From: a virus
Taxonomy: Duplodnaviria > Caudoviricetes
Strand: one strand, 5' to 3'
IMG/VR virus record: IMGVR_UViG_3300025030_001570
Coordinates: 1-50,148 of that record
DNA: 50,148 nucleotides
Shown here piece by piece: positions 27,556-37,986 of this stretch. The notes under the pieces are model-generated. The model did not search any database. It worked only from the letters and a program-made list of their open reading frames with translations, and was not told where the DNA came from. The translations under genes were made by a program, and so were the position numbers. Positions within the stretch are counted from its first letter, which is position 1; each line of letters starts with the position of its first letter.

Positions 27556-28201
27556 AATATCTTTGTACCTCTTCTAATACATACGGCATAGCTAACTGGT
27601 TTAGGTGGATAGCATCCTGGAAGTATTCACCTTTGACTGTCCCATCTTCATTCAACAGTTTATTAAAAATCGTTATTACAGGTATGGTATTCTCCTCCGC
27701 CAGCTTACTTAATCTGGCATTAAACATCTTAGTTACCTCCAGCCTTTCTTGCCAAGTTCCAAAGGCCGGAAAATCGAGATGGTCACTGTCTAAAGTTGGT
27801 GTGACGTGCCAGGCTATTGGAGAGTACTTTATGTCCTTTATTTCCAAGAAGACTGAGAAATAGCGGTCAACACATTCATTGACCACATCTTCTACACTTC
27901 TTTCCTGTAACCTAGCTTGTTTAAGCAAGTGCAGTCGACAATCTATCTCGCCAAAAACCAACATTACCCTGCTATTCTTAGGCAACTTCTCAACAGCCGC
28001 AAACAACTTTTCTCTCCCTTGAGTAGTCGAGCCTTCTTTAACTAGATTGTACGCTGTAGTAGGGCCAACAATTAACGCTTTAAATATCGGTATCCTGTTG
28101 ATACACCATCGAGGATACTGTCTTTCTTTCTGCCAATTCCGTAATCTTGACTTGCCACCAAAGAAATGGGCGTGGCTATCACCGATACAGTAAATTTTCA
28201 T
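27542..28201 (-). CDS. SGNH/GDSL-family hydrolase or acetyltransferase
   Basis: IGDSH, FGEID, DAIH blocks. Confidence 0.8.
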   Translation of the reverse strand: MKIYCIGDSHAHFFGGKSRLRNWQKERQYPRWCINRIPIFKALIVGPTTAYNLVKEGSTTQGREKLFAAVEKLPKNSRVMLVFGEIDCRLHLLKQARLQERSVEDVVNECVDRYFSVFLEIKDIKYSPIAWHVTPTLDSDHLDFPAFGTWQERLEVTKMFNARLSKLAEENTIPVITIFNKLLNEDGTVKGEYFQDAIHLNQLAMPYVLEEVQRYYGTN

Positions 28202-29153
28202 TGTCCACCATTATCTTAATTAACTCTTGAAACTTAACTTTAGGTTCATAACCAAGCAGTTTCTTAGCTTTTGAGTAATCTCCCAGTAAAGTGGTAGTTT
28301 CGGCTGGTCTCATAAAGTTTTTATCCTGTTCTACATAGTCTTTCCAGTTCAAACCAAGATAATTAAAAGTCTCGGTCACAAACTCCTCTATGGTATGATT
28401 CTCGCCTGTAGCGATTATAAAGTCATCTGGAGTAGAGTACTGCATAATCTTCCAAATCCAGTAGACATATTCCTTAGCGTAACCAAAGTCACGTTTCTCA
28501 TCTAAATTACCTAAATACAATTTATTCTGCAAGCCTTTCTTTATCCGTACAGCGGCTTTAACTACCTTCTTGCTGAGAAACTGATCTCCTCTTCTTGGAC
28601 TTTCATGGTTAAATAATATCCCATTATATATCTTCATTCCGTAACCTCTACGAAAACACCTACCAAGATAAAAAGCGTAGGCTTTAGCACAGCCGTAAGG
28701 ACTGCGGGGATTAAAAGGTGTTTCTTCGTTCTGTGGTACTTCTTTGACTTCACCGTACATCTCACTGGAACTGGCCTGATATATCTTTGCATCTGGACAG
28801 GCATTACGAGCTGCCTCAATGAGTCTAGCAAACCCTAAACCTGTAACCTCACCAGTATAAACTGGTACATCATAGCTAACCCTTACTTGGCTTTGAGCCG
28901 CAAGGTTATATATCTCATCGGGTTTTACTTTTTTAAGTATCTGCTCAAGACTACTTTGTTCCAGTAGATCACCATAATGAAGAAAGAGCTTACGATTAAA
29001 AATGGCTTCTTGGTCAATTAGATGTTGGATTCTATCAGTGCCACTACTGCTACTTCTACGGATAATCCCATGAACCTCGTATTCTTTTTCAATTAACAAT
29101 TCAGCTAAATAACTCCCGTCTTGTCCGTTTACGCCAGTAATTAAAGCTTTCAT
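28179..29153 (-). CDS. gmd: GDP-mannose 4,6-dehydratase
   Basis: ALITGVNGQDGSYLAE, YNLAAQS.V, YQASSSEMYG, SPYGCAK, LFNHESPRRG. Confidence 0.95.
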   Translation of the reverse strand: MKALITGVNGQDGSYLAELLIEKEYEVHGIIRRSSSSGTDRIQHLIDQEAIFNRKLFLHYGDLLEQSSLEQILKKVKPDEIYNLAAQSQVRVSYDVPVYTGEVTGLGFARLIEAARNACPDAKIYQASSSEMYGEVKEVPQNEETPFNPRSPYGCAKAYAFYLGRCFRRGYGMKIYNGILFNHESPRRGDQFLSKKVVKAAVRIKKGLQNKLYLGNLDEKRDFGYAKEYVYWIWKIMQYSTPDDFIIATGENHTIEEFVTETFNYLGLNWKDYVEQDKNFMRPAETTTLLGDYSKAKKLLGYEPKVKFQELIKIMVDNENLLYR

Positions 29154-29803
29154 AATAGACTCGCAATCTCCTCTGGTAGAGGTTTATCTAATAGTGCTGG
29201 CTTACCTACACCATAAGTATATCCTTGCAGATCATCTTTTCTAAACGAGTGCGGTTTAACCAACGCTAGATGATAAAATCGAGGTGCTATTTTCCTAACC
29301 TTTGGATTGTGTTTCCAGTATAAAGGCACACCATTGGTGTAGATCATATCTTTAGGCCAGGGATGACGGTAGGTAATACCATCATTCCTATAGAATTTAG
29401 TAAACCATTTATTCCACCAACTGCCATCGTGATTCTCTTTGTCTATCACTTGGTAAGGGTTCACTGCTAGACCAGGGGAGTCATCTAATTCGTGCATAAC
29501 CGAATCTAAATCATAAGGATTCCAGTAATCGTCATCATCCAAAAAGAGAATCCACTCGGTTCTTGTCATATCGGCTAGTTTCTGCCTTTCAGCCGTCAGC
29601 ATACCTTGATCTGGTACATCCTCATAAAATATCTTAATCTTTGGATTATTCAGGGCTTTTATAGCTTCCTCTGTTCCATCGGTAGATTTCTTGGAAATAG
29701 TTACAAACATCTCACTCATCAATAAAGAAGCCGATTTAAGAACAGGAACGATAAAAGGCATTCCGTTTTTGACTATGGTATGACTTGTGATGGTCAGTCT
29801 CAT
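29150..29803 (-). CDS. Glycosyltransferase, GT2/GT-A
   Basis: IVKN, STDGT, WILFLDDDD. Confidence 0.8.
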   Translation of the reverse strand: MRLTITSHTIVKNGMPFIVPVLKSASLLMSEMFVTISKKSTDGTEEAIKALNNPKIKIFYEDVPDQGMLTAERQKLADMTRTEWILFLDDDDYWNPYDLDSVMHELDDSPGLAVNPYQVIDKENHDGSWWNKWFTKFYRNDGITYRHPWPKDMIYTNGVPLYWKHNPKVRKIAPRFYHLALVKPHSFRKDDLQGYTYGVGKPALLDKPLPEEIASLL

Positions 29804-30429
29804 ATCGCTCTCCTCGCCATTCCTATTAAATGGTTCCCAATCACTTTAATTGTGCAATTGCCGAAAATCTTTGTTAGCAAGTGTGTCAGCATATTACTGT
29901 CGTACTTCCTAACGTGTTCATCAGTCTCGTCCGGCCCTGATATATTATTCGGCACAGCTACATATAGATGACCACCATCGTTGAGGCGGTTAAACGATAA
30001 TCTTACGACATCTTCATCTCGCCACAAATGCTCAAGAGTATGGTTGATGGCAACGAAATCAAACTTTTGTTCTAACTTATCCATATCGTAAATATCCATA
30101 GCCAACCCATCTATACCGTATTCCTTTTTCATTCTTTCTATAGCAACGGGAGATATATCAATACCAAATACCTCACAAGTATCTTTTACCCCGTATAAAA
30201 GTCTGCCATTCCCACAACCTACATCTAGGACTGATTTAGCCCCAAATTCTTTAATCCTCCACCAAGCCCATTGCATTGAGTACTTCTCTACTTTACGACT
30301 TGGTCTATTCCAAAGACCATCCCAGTATTCGGTTGTGTTTGCTCTATCTGCCACCGCCTTTAACCACGCTGGCTTATCAGCGTGCCTCCAAGTTTTCCAG
30401 ACATCGTTCCAATACTTCTCGTCATTCAT
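29800..30429 (-). CDS. Class I SAM-dependent methyltransferase
   Basis: VLDVGCGNG, GIDIS, HTLEH. Confidence 0.9.
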   Translation of the reverse strand: MNDEKYWNDVWKTWRHADKPAWLKAVADRANTTEYWDGLWNRPSRKVEKYSMQWAWWRIKEFGAKSVLDVGCGNGRLLYGVKDTCEVFGIDISPVAIERMKKEYGIDGLAMDIYDMDKLEQKFDFVAINHTLEHLWRDEDVVRLSFNRLNDGGHLYVAVPNNISGPDETDEHVRKYDSNMLTHLLTKIFGNCTIKVIGNHLIGMARRAI

Positions 30430-30935
30430 TTCTTCCTCGCTACTAGCGTAATGTTCGGTAAAGCATATTTCTCTGTTGGGGAGATTCTTACACGGGAGCG
30501 TGTCTTTTTCATATCTACAATCTCAAAACCTACTTGGGGTAAAATTTCTCTAAACTTATCTTCATACCACCCATCTTTATGGTAAGCCCAATCATCTTCC
30601 CCTTGCGAACCATAAGCGTGCCTAACCAACCAATATTTGTCATTGCGGTTCCAGTCCTCTATAATTCCTTCAAAGTCTGGTACTTCAAGTAGTAACAACC
30701 CACCAACCTTTAACCAAGAGTGCCATTGTTTTAGCACTTTAATTGCCTCATCCCTACCGAAATGCTCAAGCAAATGTCGTGCGTGGACTTCCTCAACGTC
30801 AGAATACGTTAGAGTTCTGAAGTCCGCTATAAGATCAGGATGGTAGCGTTCTTCTACATCGATATTTAGAAATTCTGTAATATATCTTTTTCCACTTCCC
30901 ACATTGATTTTCACTTTTTCCTCCATAATTGCCAT
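30426..30935 (-). CDS. SAM-dependent methyltransferase (glycan-cluster type)
   Basis: INVGSG, LNID, HLLEH, LKVGG.L...VPD. Confidence 0.85.
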   Translation of the reverse strand: MAIMEEKVKINVGSGKRYITEFLNIDVEERYHPDLIADFRTLTYSDVEEVHARHLLEHFGRDEAIKVLKQWHSWLKVGGLLLLEVPDFEGIIEDWNRNDKYWLVRHAYGSQGEDDWAYHKDGWYEDKFREILPQVGFEIVDMKKTRSRVRISPTEKYALPNITLVARKK

Positions 30936-31474
30936 TTGTTGTCGTAAACCTTATTGTGAGTCTTTTCAAGGATAGCTACTGCAAGTGGGTATTTTTCATT
31001 GAAGTTGGGTATCCTATGAAACTGAATCATTATCTCGTAAACACCCCTCAAAAGATTGTTCTCGTTTAGGTCTTCTAGTATTGCAAACTCCGCCCCTTCA
31101 CAATTTATTTCAAGTATGTCTACCTTCCTGTCCTTTAAGAAACCACTTAACTTAACAACATCAACCTCGATAGAATTATCCGATCTGGCCCATTCCCTGT
31201 AAAAAGAACTGCCTTCTTTGTTGACATAAAGAGTTCTTTTTCCTACCTCCTCCCCAAGTGCGTAAGGCAAAACTTTAACCCTCATGTTGGTCTCAAACCT
31301 TTTTCTGCAGACCTCGTAAAAGTCAGGCACTGGTTCAAAAATGATAATATAAGGATTCCATTGGTCAAGTAGATATTGGGAATAATCGCCTTTGTAGCCA
31401 CCGCAATCTACGACTAGAGAACCTGATCTTAAAGGTTTATGTAGTTTAACTATATCCTCAATTCTGGTTTTCAT
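30911..31474 (-). CDS. FkbM-family methyltransferase
   Basis: VVDCGGYKG, FEPVP, INCEGAEF, IQFH; likely start MKTRIED. Confidence 0.85.
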   Translation of the reverse strand: MKTRIEDIVKLHKPLRSGSLVVDCGGYKGDYSQYLLDQWNPYIIIFEPVPDFYEVCRKRFETNMRVKVLPYALGEEVGKRTLYVNKEGSSFYREWARSDNSIEVDVVKLSGFLKDRKVDILEINCEGAEFAILEDLNENNLLRGVYEIMIQFHRIPNFNEKYPLAVAILEKTHNKVYDNKWQLWRKK

Positions 31475-31475
31475 A

Positions 31476-32162
31476 TCACCTAAACCCCCTAAAATACTGG
31501 TGATATATCCTGTATTCTTCCCTAATCTTGCGGTAGGAAAAATAACCGTGCTTATCATAAAATTGTTGCTTGGCTATATCTGAAGTAGTGTGCCACTCTG
31601 ATATACTTTGATTGCTTTTATTTCTGGTTACACCAACCAAATGGGCAATAGTTATCTTTTTACTGGTTGCCGACTTCAATCCATTTAACTTCATTCTCCA
31701 AGCTAAATCTAAGTCATCACAGCTCCACAAAAACCTTTCATCAAATAACCCAATCTCCCTAAACAAGCTAGTTTTGAAGAAGCCACAGGGGCCGTAAAAA
31801 TGCTCCACTACTCCTTTTTCTTTATCTGTCAGTCGTACTGCATTTAAGAACTTTTCAAAATCTGCTGTCTCAACATAACCAGGAGACACCGCATTGTAGG
31901 TTTGCAGTTTCTCAACTACATCTTCCAACCAACCTTCTACAAACCATAGATCATCATTTAGCACTCCGACAGCAAAAGTTCCTCCTTTGTAAGCATCTAT
32001 TAGAATTGGGTTGATTGCGGAAGCTCCAAAGTTCTCTCCTTGTAGAATATGTAGCTTTAGGTTGGTGAATTTCTCGGTTGTTGGCTTAAATCCAGACAAG
32101 AACTCATCCAAGATGTTTTGGTGTTTAGACTGTACAATTACCTCAAGTTTGGTTTGGTACAT
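31476..32162 (-). CDS. Glycosyltransferase, GT2/GT-A
   Basis: LNDD, WLE, IGLFDERF...DDLDLAWR, HLVG; likely start MYQTK. Confidence 0.85.
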   Translation of the reverse strand: MYQTKLEVIVQSKHQNILDEFLSGFKPTTEKFTNLKLHILQGENFGASAINPILIDAYKGGTFAVGVLNDDLWFVEGWLEDVVEKLQTYNAVSPGYVETADFEKFLNAVRLTDKEKGVVEHFYGPCGFFKTSLFREIGLFDERFLWSCDDLDLAWRMKLNGLKSATSKKITIAHLVGVTRNKSNQSISEWHTTSDIAKQQFYDKHGYFSYRKIREEYRIYHQYFRGFR

Positions 32163-32823
32163 ATTTTCTATACTCCTCTGGAATCGGAATCCCACAATGC
32201 CCAGGTTCGTGGAATCGGTAATCGTGTTTCCAAATTCCAGTTCTCAACTCCCCCAAATGAAGAAATGGGTGTTTAACTCCCTGATATTTTCGTGAATTTA
32301 AACGGTGTTTATTGTAAGCAATCACCTCATGTCCATAATTACCTTCCCAAGTTAGTTCGGGCATATTTCTAAATAACCTAATCGGGTGAAAATTTCTATG
32401 GTGATATGGATCAAGAATATGATCTCCCTCTAAATGGTAGAAGTAAACAGAATAAACAAAACGATCTGGAGGTGGTTCTAGGTCAAGTATGTCTCGCATA
32501 GTCAAATCAGGGAAGATTTCATCATCATCAATTTTTAGTATCCATTCAGACTTAGTTTCAATTCTCAATTTATTTAGCAGTTCAGTTAAAGCTGTATTTT
32601 TCTCATTATCTATCCAAGTTCTACCTAAATGCTGAACATCAAATCGGTCATATTCTAAAAATGGGTAAGAAGTTTTAATCTCCTTTAGTATTTCCATTGT
32701 TCTATCAGTTGATCCTGTATCTATTACACGAGCTTCATTAATAAAAGGCAGAACAGCCTTTAAAACAAAAGGCAAGAGATATTCTGCCTCGTAAGTTAAT
32801 AAGTTAATTGCTAAGGATTGCAT
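32143..32823 (-). CDS. Glycosyltransferase, GT2/GT-A
   Basis: IDTGSTDRT, WILKIDDDE, RLFRN, HE. Confidence 0.85.
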   Translation of the reverse strand: MQSLAINLLTYEAEYLLPFVLKAVLPFINEARVIDTGSTDRTMEILKEIKTSYPFLEYDRFDVQHLGRTWIDNEKNTALTELLNKLRIETKSEWILKIDDDEIFPDLTMRDILDLEPPPDRFVYSVYFYHLEGDHILDPYHHRNFHPIRLFRNMPELTWEGNYGHEVIAYNKHRLNSRKYQGVKHPFLHLGELRTGIWKHDYRFHEPGHCGIPIPEEYRKYVPNQT

Positions 32824-33509
32824 ACTTCTCCATTGGTTAGGGTTTTGGATAAATCTGGGGTTTCTTTGAAGTTGTACCCCTGACCAAAGGCTGTATCAAC
32901 TGCTAATGAGTTTAGCTCCTTAGTAACTACCAAATAACCCTTATTGTAAGCAGCCTCAACCCACTTACTACCCGCTATTCGGTGGTTAATAAATGGGCCT
33001 ATCTCCTCAAAAGACTCTCGCTTCATCATCCATGAGTTAGAACCAGCCTTTAAGTTAAGCAGATAGTTTTCTCCCTTAAACTCTTGTACTCCTCGCCAGT
33101 ATCTTTCATTTCGATGCTGTCGATCTGTTCGTAGTGGCGTAACCAGATACTTCTTATCTGGAAAGGCATCTAAGATAGAGACGCACCATTGTACCCACCC
33201 AGGCTTATATTCAATATCATTATCGGAGATATGGATGTAGTCGCCTTGTGATAGTTTTATTGCTTGATTTCTGGCGTAGCCAAAATAGTAGTTCTTATTG
33301 TTTCTAACATAGTGGTGGATATGACCTGCGGCGGTCTGATCTAACAGCCAACGAGAGTCATCAATGTTATCGCCATTATCAACTACAATAATCTCACACG
33401 GAGTATCCTTTGTAGTTTCAATCAAAGAGTTAATACATCTACGTAGTGTCTCTGATCTAAATTCATTCTGTGCCCAATGAGTAACGATAATACTAATGGT
33501 AGATTTCAT
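32811..33509 (-). CDS. Glycosyltransferase, GT2/GT-A
   Basis: ISIIV, EIIVVDNG, GYARNQAI, SDND. Confidence 0.85.
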   Translation of the reverse strand: MKSTISIIVTHWAQNEFRSETLRRCINSLIETTKDTPCEIIVVDNGDNIDDSRWLLDQTAAGHIHHYVRNNKNYYFGYARNQAIKLSQGDYIHISDNDIEYKPGWVQWCVSILDAFPDKKYLVTPLRTDRQHRNERYWRGVQEFKGENYLLNLKAGSNSWMMKRESFEEIGPFINHRIAGSKWVEAAYNKGYLVVTKELNSLAVDTAFGQGYNFKETPDLSKTLTNGEVCNP

Positions 33510-34440
33510 TTAAAATCTTTTTTTGTGCCTCTAAATAAAGCCTTTTATCAAACTCGCCGTATTTCATCCAACCTTTTAGCCTATTTACTGGATAGACAGG
33601 CCCACCAACCTTCTTCTTTCTCCAAGCTATTTCGTGGGGTAAATACCTTTCGGCCACTTTTCTAAGCGTATATTTACCGTATTCAACATTGTGTATCTTG
33701 GCGGTAAGCGGTAAATCCAGCATATAGTTATCTATATCCATATTGTCTTGATACGGCCTCAAATTAGTAATACCAAAGTACTTAGCTATCCCATTACTCA
33801 TATCATCCATATCTGGTCTCATCAGTAATATATCTACCTTACATATTGCTCTCATTATATCTTCACCGCTATCAGCAAAAACCTTAATTATTTCCTCTTC
33901 TTTCTTGCCAGTCAATTTAGCATAGCTTTCTACTATACCAGGCAACACTTTATCTATAGCTGGCTGGTAATCATCAAAAGCCTCATAAGCAAATATGCTA
34001 TATAGGTAAGCCATTATAAGCTGACGGCCATAACCAAACATTGTCTCATCAGGGCCATCTCCCAATATTAACTTGGTAACTCCCATCCTTTTTAGATACT
34101 CATACATCACATAGAGAGGAAATATATTAAAATGGGGAATTGGTCTACCAATCGCTTTTACGGCAATCGAAAAATACTCATCAAACTTATCATGGTCTAA
34201 TTCAATGATATAATGTTTTAGATTCAGATGCTCTGCCACTAATGAAGAGTACTGAATCTCATTGTGCTTATCGCCCCCTGGCAATCTCACACTAACCACA
34301 AACGCTGGCTTGGTCAGAGCCGCTAAGAGGCTACTATCAACCCCACCAGATAAAGCAAGAGGTAGACCCTCATACTTTTTTGCTTCTTCTAATAACAAGC
34401 TTTCTAACTCATCTGCTAAAATATCAATTTCTTCCTTCAT
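33493..34440 (-). CDS. Asparagine-synthase-family synthetase domain only (probable sugar amidotransferase)
   Basis: LSGGVDSS PP-loop, GDGPDE..FGY, KYTLR...YLP..IAWRKK; no N-terminal Cys glutaminase domain. Confidence 0.8.
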   Translation of the reverse strand: MKEEIDILADELESLLLEEAKKYEGLPLALSGGVDSSLLAALTKPAFVVSVRLPGGDKHNEIQYSSLVAEHLNLKHYIIELDHDKFDEYFSIAVKAIGRPIPHFNIFPLYVMYEYLKRMGVTKLILGDGPDETMFGYGRQLIMAYLYSIFAYEAFDDYQPAIDKVLPGIVESYAKLTGKKEEEIIKVFADSGEDIMRAICKVDILLMRPDMDDMSNGIAKYFGITNLRPYQDNMDIDNYMLDLPLTAKIHNVEYGKYTLRKVAERYLPHEIAWRKKKVGGPVYPVNRLKGWMKYGEFDKRLYLEAQKKILNEIYH

Positions 34441-35194
34441 TCAACCTCCTTATAGTCTCCAGATATTCCGTCTGGCCGTTATACTTTTTTACACCATCAA
34501 TTAAATTATTCAAATCCTTAGGCAAACACGAACCACTAATCTTCCGATTACCTTCGTGGATAAAAGAATGATCCGACTCAATTCTTGGGTCTTCAGTTAG
34601 CATTGTTCTCAGGTCATCGTAGTCAATATGATAGATGTTGCAAATATCATATACTTCATTAAGAAAGGTAAGTTTAGAATAAAAATAAGCGTTCTCTACC
34701 AACTTTAACAGCTCTGCTGTTCTTGCCTGGGTTTGAAATACTTTAACATTGTAAAGAAGAGTCTCCCAAAGGTCAGCTACTTCACTAGTATCGATTGGAG
34801 TCCCACCAACTACCGCCCAATGAATCCTACTTAGATCATTAAATGGGTGATTGGGGAAATCACTAGGGCCGTATTCAGGCATAAATACAATCCGTTTATT
34901 AAACTTCTCCTTAGCCCAATCGGTAAACCCTACCCAAACAGTCGATCGGACAATATTTATCTTTGCCTTTGATTTACTTATTATTTCCTCAACGATTGAG
35001 GTATCACAACTACCATCATCGTTGCTTGGGGTTGGAACACAAAGGAAGAGATAATCAGCCTCTAAGGCTTCTGTAGACTTCATGCCCTTTGGTGGGTCAT
35101 AAACAAACGAGGAACGTATAATATATTTTAAAGCCTTACCAACTTTTCCAAAACCAGCAATTCCTATGTTGTGTGTTTTTTTAGATACTCCCAT
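34424..35194 (-). CDS. UDP-glucose/GDP-mannose 6-dehydrogenase family (short form)
   Basis: GFGKVG, CVPTP, RSTV, AELLK..EN, DPRI, GSCLPKD. Confidence 0.85.
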   Translation of the reverse strand: MGVSKKTHNIGIAGFGKVGKALKYIIRSSFVYDPPKGMKSTEALEADYLFLCVPTPSNDDGSCDTSIVEEIISKSKAKINIVRSTVWVGFTDWAKEKFNKRIVFMPEYGPSDFPNHPFNDLSRIHWAVVGGTPIDTSEVADLWETLLYNVKVFQTQARTAELLKLVENAYFYSKLTFLNEVYDICNIYHIDYDDLRTMLTEDPRIESDHSFIHEGNRKISGSCLPKDLNNLIDGVKKYNGQTEYLETIRRLNEGRN

Positions 35195-36045
35195 ACTTGT
35201 TTAATCCCGTCTTCAAATTTAACCTCTGCCTCCCAACCAAGAAGACTCTTAGCTTTTTTAGACTTTATAGCCTCCTTCATTGTCTGACCTGATCGTTGTG
35301 CTATATGAGTTATCGGTGAATCTGACTGAGTTGCTTCCTTAATCATCCTTGCCATATCATTAGCCGAGATACTCTCTTCAGTAGATAAATTTATATCAAG
35401 TTTAGTTAATTCAGGCTTGCTGACTAACCTAGATACAGCTTCAACTAAATCTGATATATGGGTTAATGTTCTTGTTTGGTTTCCGCTACCATGAACAGTT
35501 ATTGGCTTACCGCTCATCGCTTGGCGGAAAAAGACCTTAACCCCCAAAACCTCTCGCATACCTGGTTCTCCATAGGTAGTGGGAAATCTCATATTCACAT
35601 ATTTGAGGTCATGGGTAAAGTGGAACATCTTAATAATCAACTCTCCGATGTACTTTGAATAGGCATAAATCTCGTTAGGATTTGGCGGAGATTCTTCGGT
35701 TGTCTCTGAAAACTTCTCAAAATCCTGATCTCCATAGACACAGCAAGTTGAGGCATAAAGCAACCTTTTTTTATGTTTAGCACAAAACTCGGCCACATTC
35801 CAAGTACCCTCGATATTAGTCGTAAAAGTCTCTTTAGGATGGTCTTTGGCGTAATTCAGATCAGCAATAGCCGCCAAATGAATTACTTGATCCGCTATCT
35901 TTATATTCTGATCTAAGGCTTCTCTATCCGATAAATCATTACCGACTAAACGATCAAAAACTATAGTCTCATACCCTTCTTTAAGAAGTTTCGCTAAAAT
36001 GTTCCTCCCAATAAACCCCATACCACCTGTCAAAAGTATCTTCAC
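35164..36045 (-). CDS. NAD-dependent nucleotide-sugar epimerase/dehydratase
   Basis: TGGMGFIG, HLAA, YAYSK (YxxxK), G.G.QTR. Confidence 0.9.
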   Translation of the reverse strand: MKILLTGGMGFIGRNILAKLLKEGYETIVFDRLVGNDLSDREALDQNIKIADQVIHLAAIADLNYAKDHPKETFTTNIEGTWNVAEFCAKHKKRLLYASTCCVYGDQDFEKFSETTEESPPNPNEIYAYSKYIGELIIKMFHFTHDLKYVNMRFPTTYGEPGMREVLGVKVFFRQAMSGKPITVHGSGNQTRTLTHISDLVEAVSRLVSKPELTKLDINLSTEESISANDMARMIKEATQSDSPITHIAQRSGQTMKEAIKSKKAKSLLGWEAEVKFEDGIKQVWEYLKKHTT

Positions 36046-36707
36046 ATCACACCACCTTCCAATCTAGCCAATAAAGGCGTATCGGTTGTATTTACATCTA
36101 CTGTTTCAGAAGCCTCAAAGCTCTTTAGTAAAGGCACACTAAATAGAGTTACTGCTTGAAAATGTTTAGTTAACACTTCATAGAATTCTCCTGCTGGTGC
36201 TTCGTAGCAATGCTGTTCATTTCTTGGATGGTCGTCCCGAATGTCTGGTGAGTTACGATTCGGTGTAGAGATATAACCAATAGTACCCTCCTTGAAGAAT
36301 CTCTTGATATTGTTCAGAGCATCATCCCACCTCTCTCTTGGTAAATGTTCTATTACCTCTAACATCACCACAATATCGAAAGTGGCTATTGGGCGGTTAG
36401 GCGGGTTGAGGACATCAAAAACATCGAATTTAAGTCGAGGGGATTCAAACAAGGCTTTGCCGAAATCAATCAATTCCTGCTCCACATCAACGGCCCATAC
36501 TCCCAAAGATCGATGAGAAAGAATATTACTGCCCACCCCGAAACTACTGCCAATATCGACAAAGGCCTTGCCCTGATGTTTACTGACCAATGCTTCGTAA
36601 ATCTTCCTCTGCTCATTGGGAATAACGTATTTATGGGTTTCCCACCTTCTCATTGACCAGGTTATACCAGGATATGTTTTAGGTTCGTTCTGTTGGTATT
36701 CGCCCAT
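36042..36707 (-). CDS. Class I SAM-dependent methyltransferase
   Basis: VDIGSSFG, EVIEH, ISTPN. Confidence 0.85.
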   Translation of the reverse strand: MGEYQQNEPKTYPGITWSMRRWETHKYVIPNEQRKIYEALVSKHQGKAFVDIGSSFGVGSNILSHRSLGVWAVDVEQELIDFGKALFESPRLKFDVFDVLNPPNRPIATFDIVVMLEVIEHLPRERWDDALNNIKRFFKEGTIGYISTPNRNSPDIRDDHPRNEQHCYEAPAGEFYEVLTKHFQAVTLFSVPLLKSFEASETVDVNTTDTPLLARLEGGVM

Positions 36708-37986
36708 TTATAACTCCTTCTATAGCTGGAATAAACTGATTCTTAGCTATCCAATCGTAATTAAACTTCTTCCTAACGGTAGTAAAAGCTCTCATTACTC
36801 TATTACTATTCAAATCCGATAATATGATCTTGGCAATATCCTTAAAATAACCTTCTTCTCCATCATCGCCATATTGAGTTTCATTCACTAAGCGACTTCT
36901 AAACCTAAAGTTAAAAGAACCTTCAGGGCCTAAGAAGTCTATCATTGGCTTAAAGTCTTCATTCAAGATCAGCAAATTCTTGGTAGCTGCGGCTTCTAAT
37001 AAAATTAGCGGTGCGTTTTCGGAGAAACTAGGAAAGATAAACAGATTAGCAATCTGGAATAGTTCCACAACTACTTGATGCGATACTCCCTGTTCATACT
37101 TTGGTAGGTCGTAAAATGAGGTAAAGATTACTTCTGTTCGATCAAGGTTTTTCTGGGCGGCCAGCTGTAAGAAATTCTCAATGGTTTCCTTTTCCCTTTG
37201 GGCATTGGCATGAGCATTAGGAATTATCAATTTAACCTTTTGCCCTAGCTCTTTGAGATAACCCATCACGGAGATTACTTTTCTCACGGCCTTACCATCA
37301 TCTCCCATTCTGGTTGAACTGACAGGGTAAACACAGATAATATCCGCCTCAAATAAGCCATAAGCGTCAATTAGTTCTCTAGTTAATGGGGATAGATTAT
37401 ACATTTCCCTTAAATCCATAGGATTAAAAACTACTTTTACGTCTTTAGGCCATATACCATACATTTCTCCTGCCGCCACCTGTTCTGAGTAATTCATATA
37501 AATTAGTTTAGAGTTTTGGGGATGGGGTAGACCGAATAATTCATTCCACGGATCGGATAAATTAGCCCTTTGACTCGGAGCAGAGTGTATCTGATGAAGC
37601 ATAGGCAAGGTTTCCAGCCGTGCCTGTTTGAGTGCCACATTGTAGATTAAATAAGAGTTAATGAAACATATATCGTGGGTAATAAGACAATCTAGATCTG
37701 CAAATTCTTTCTCAAATACTTCTTTGGTTTTATCAACATTGGCTTGAAAATCATCTGGTACTGGCGAGCCCGTCTGTCCATAAGGTTCCAAAACCCATTG
37801 AGGTACAACTGCCCGCAATTCTACCCCCTCTGGAACTTTGTCCTGATCCATAAAGTTAGTCAGACCAAAAAGGATGGGCTGATAGCCATTCCTTTTAAGC
37901 ATCTGCAACTGTTGGAGAACCACAGTTACCAATGAATAAGCTGGATCTAAATTAGAAAATGTACTTAATATACCTATTTTTTTCAT
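36679..37986 (-). CDS. Glycosyltransferase, GT4/GT-B
   Basis: FIFPSFSENAPLILLEAA (EX7E), VFNP. Confidence 0.85.
   Translation of the reverse strand: MKKIGILSTFSNLDPAYSLVTVVLQQLQMLKRNGYQPILFGLTNFMDQDKVPEGVELRAVVPQWVLEPYGQTGSPVPDDFQANVDKTKEVFEKEFADLDCLITHDICFINSYLIYNVALKQARLETLPMLHQIHSAPSQRANLSDPWNELFGLPHPQNSKLIYMNYSEQVAAGEMYGIWPKDVKVVFNPMDLREMYNLSPLTRELIDAYGLFEADIICVYPVSSTRMGDDGKAVRKVISVMGYLKELGQKVKLIIPNAHANAQREKETIENFLQLAAQKNLDRTEVIFTSFYDLPKYEQGVSHQVVVELFQIANLFIFPSFSENAPLILLEAAATKNLLILNEDFKPMIDFLGPEGSFNFRFRSRLVNETQYGDDGEEGYFKDIAKIILSDLNSNRVMRAFTTVRKKFNYDWIAKNQFIPAIEGVINGRIPTERT

Noticed and set aside
26013-37986. GT cluster as a DNA hypermodification or host serotype-conversion system
   Set aside because: No hydroxymethylase, nucleotide kinase or polymerase, and no GtrAB/flippase-type membrane proteins seen; position among virion genes beside S/T proteins favours protein glycosylation, though this is not formally excluded
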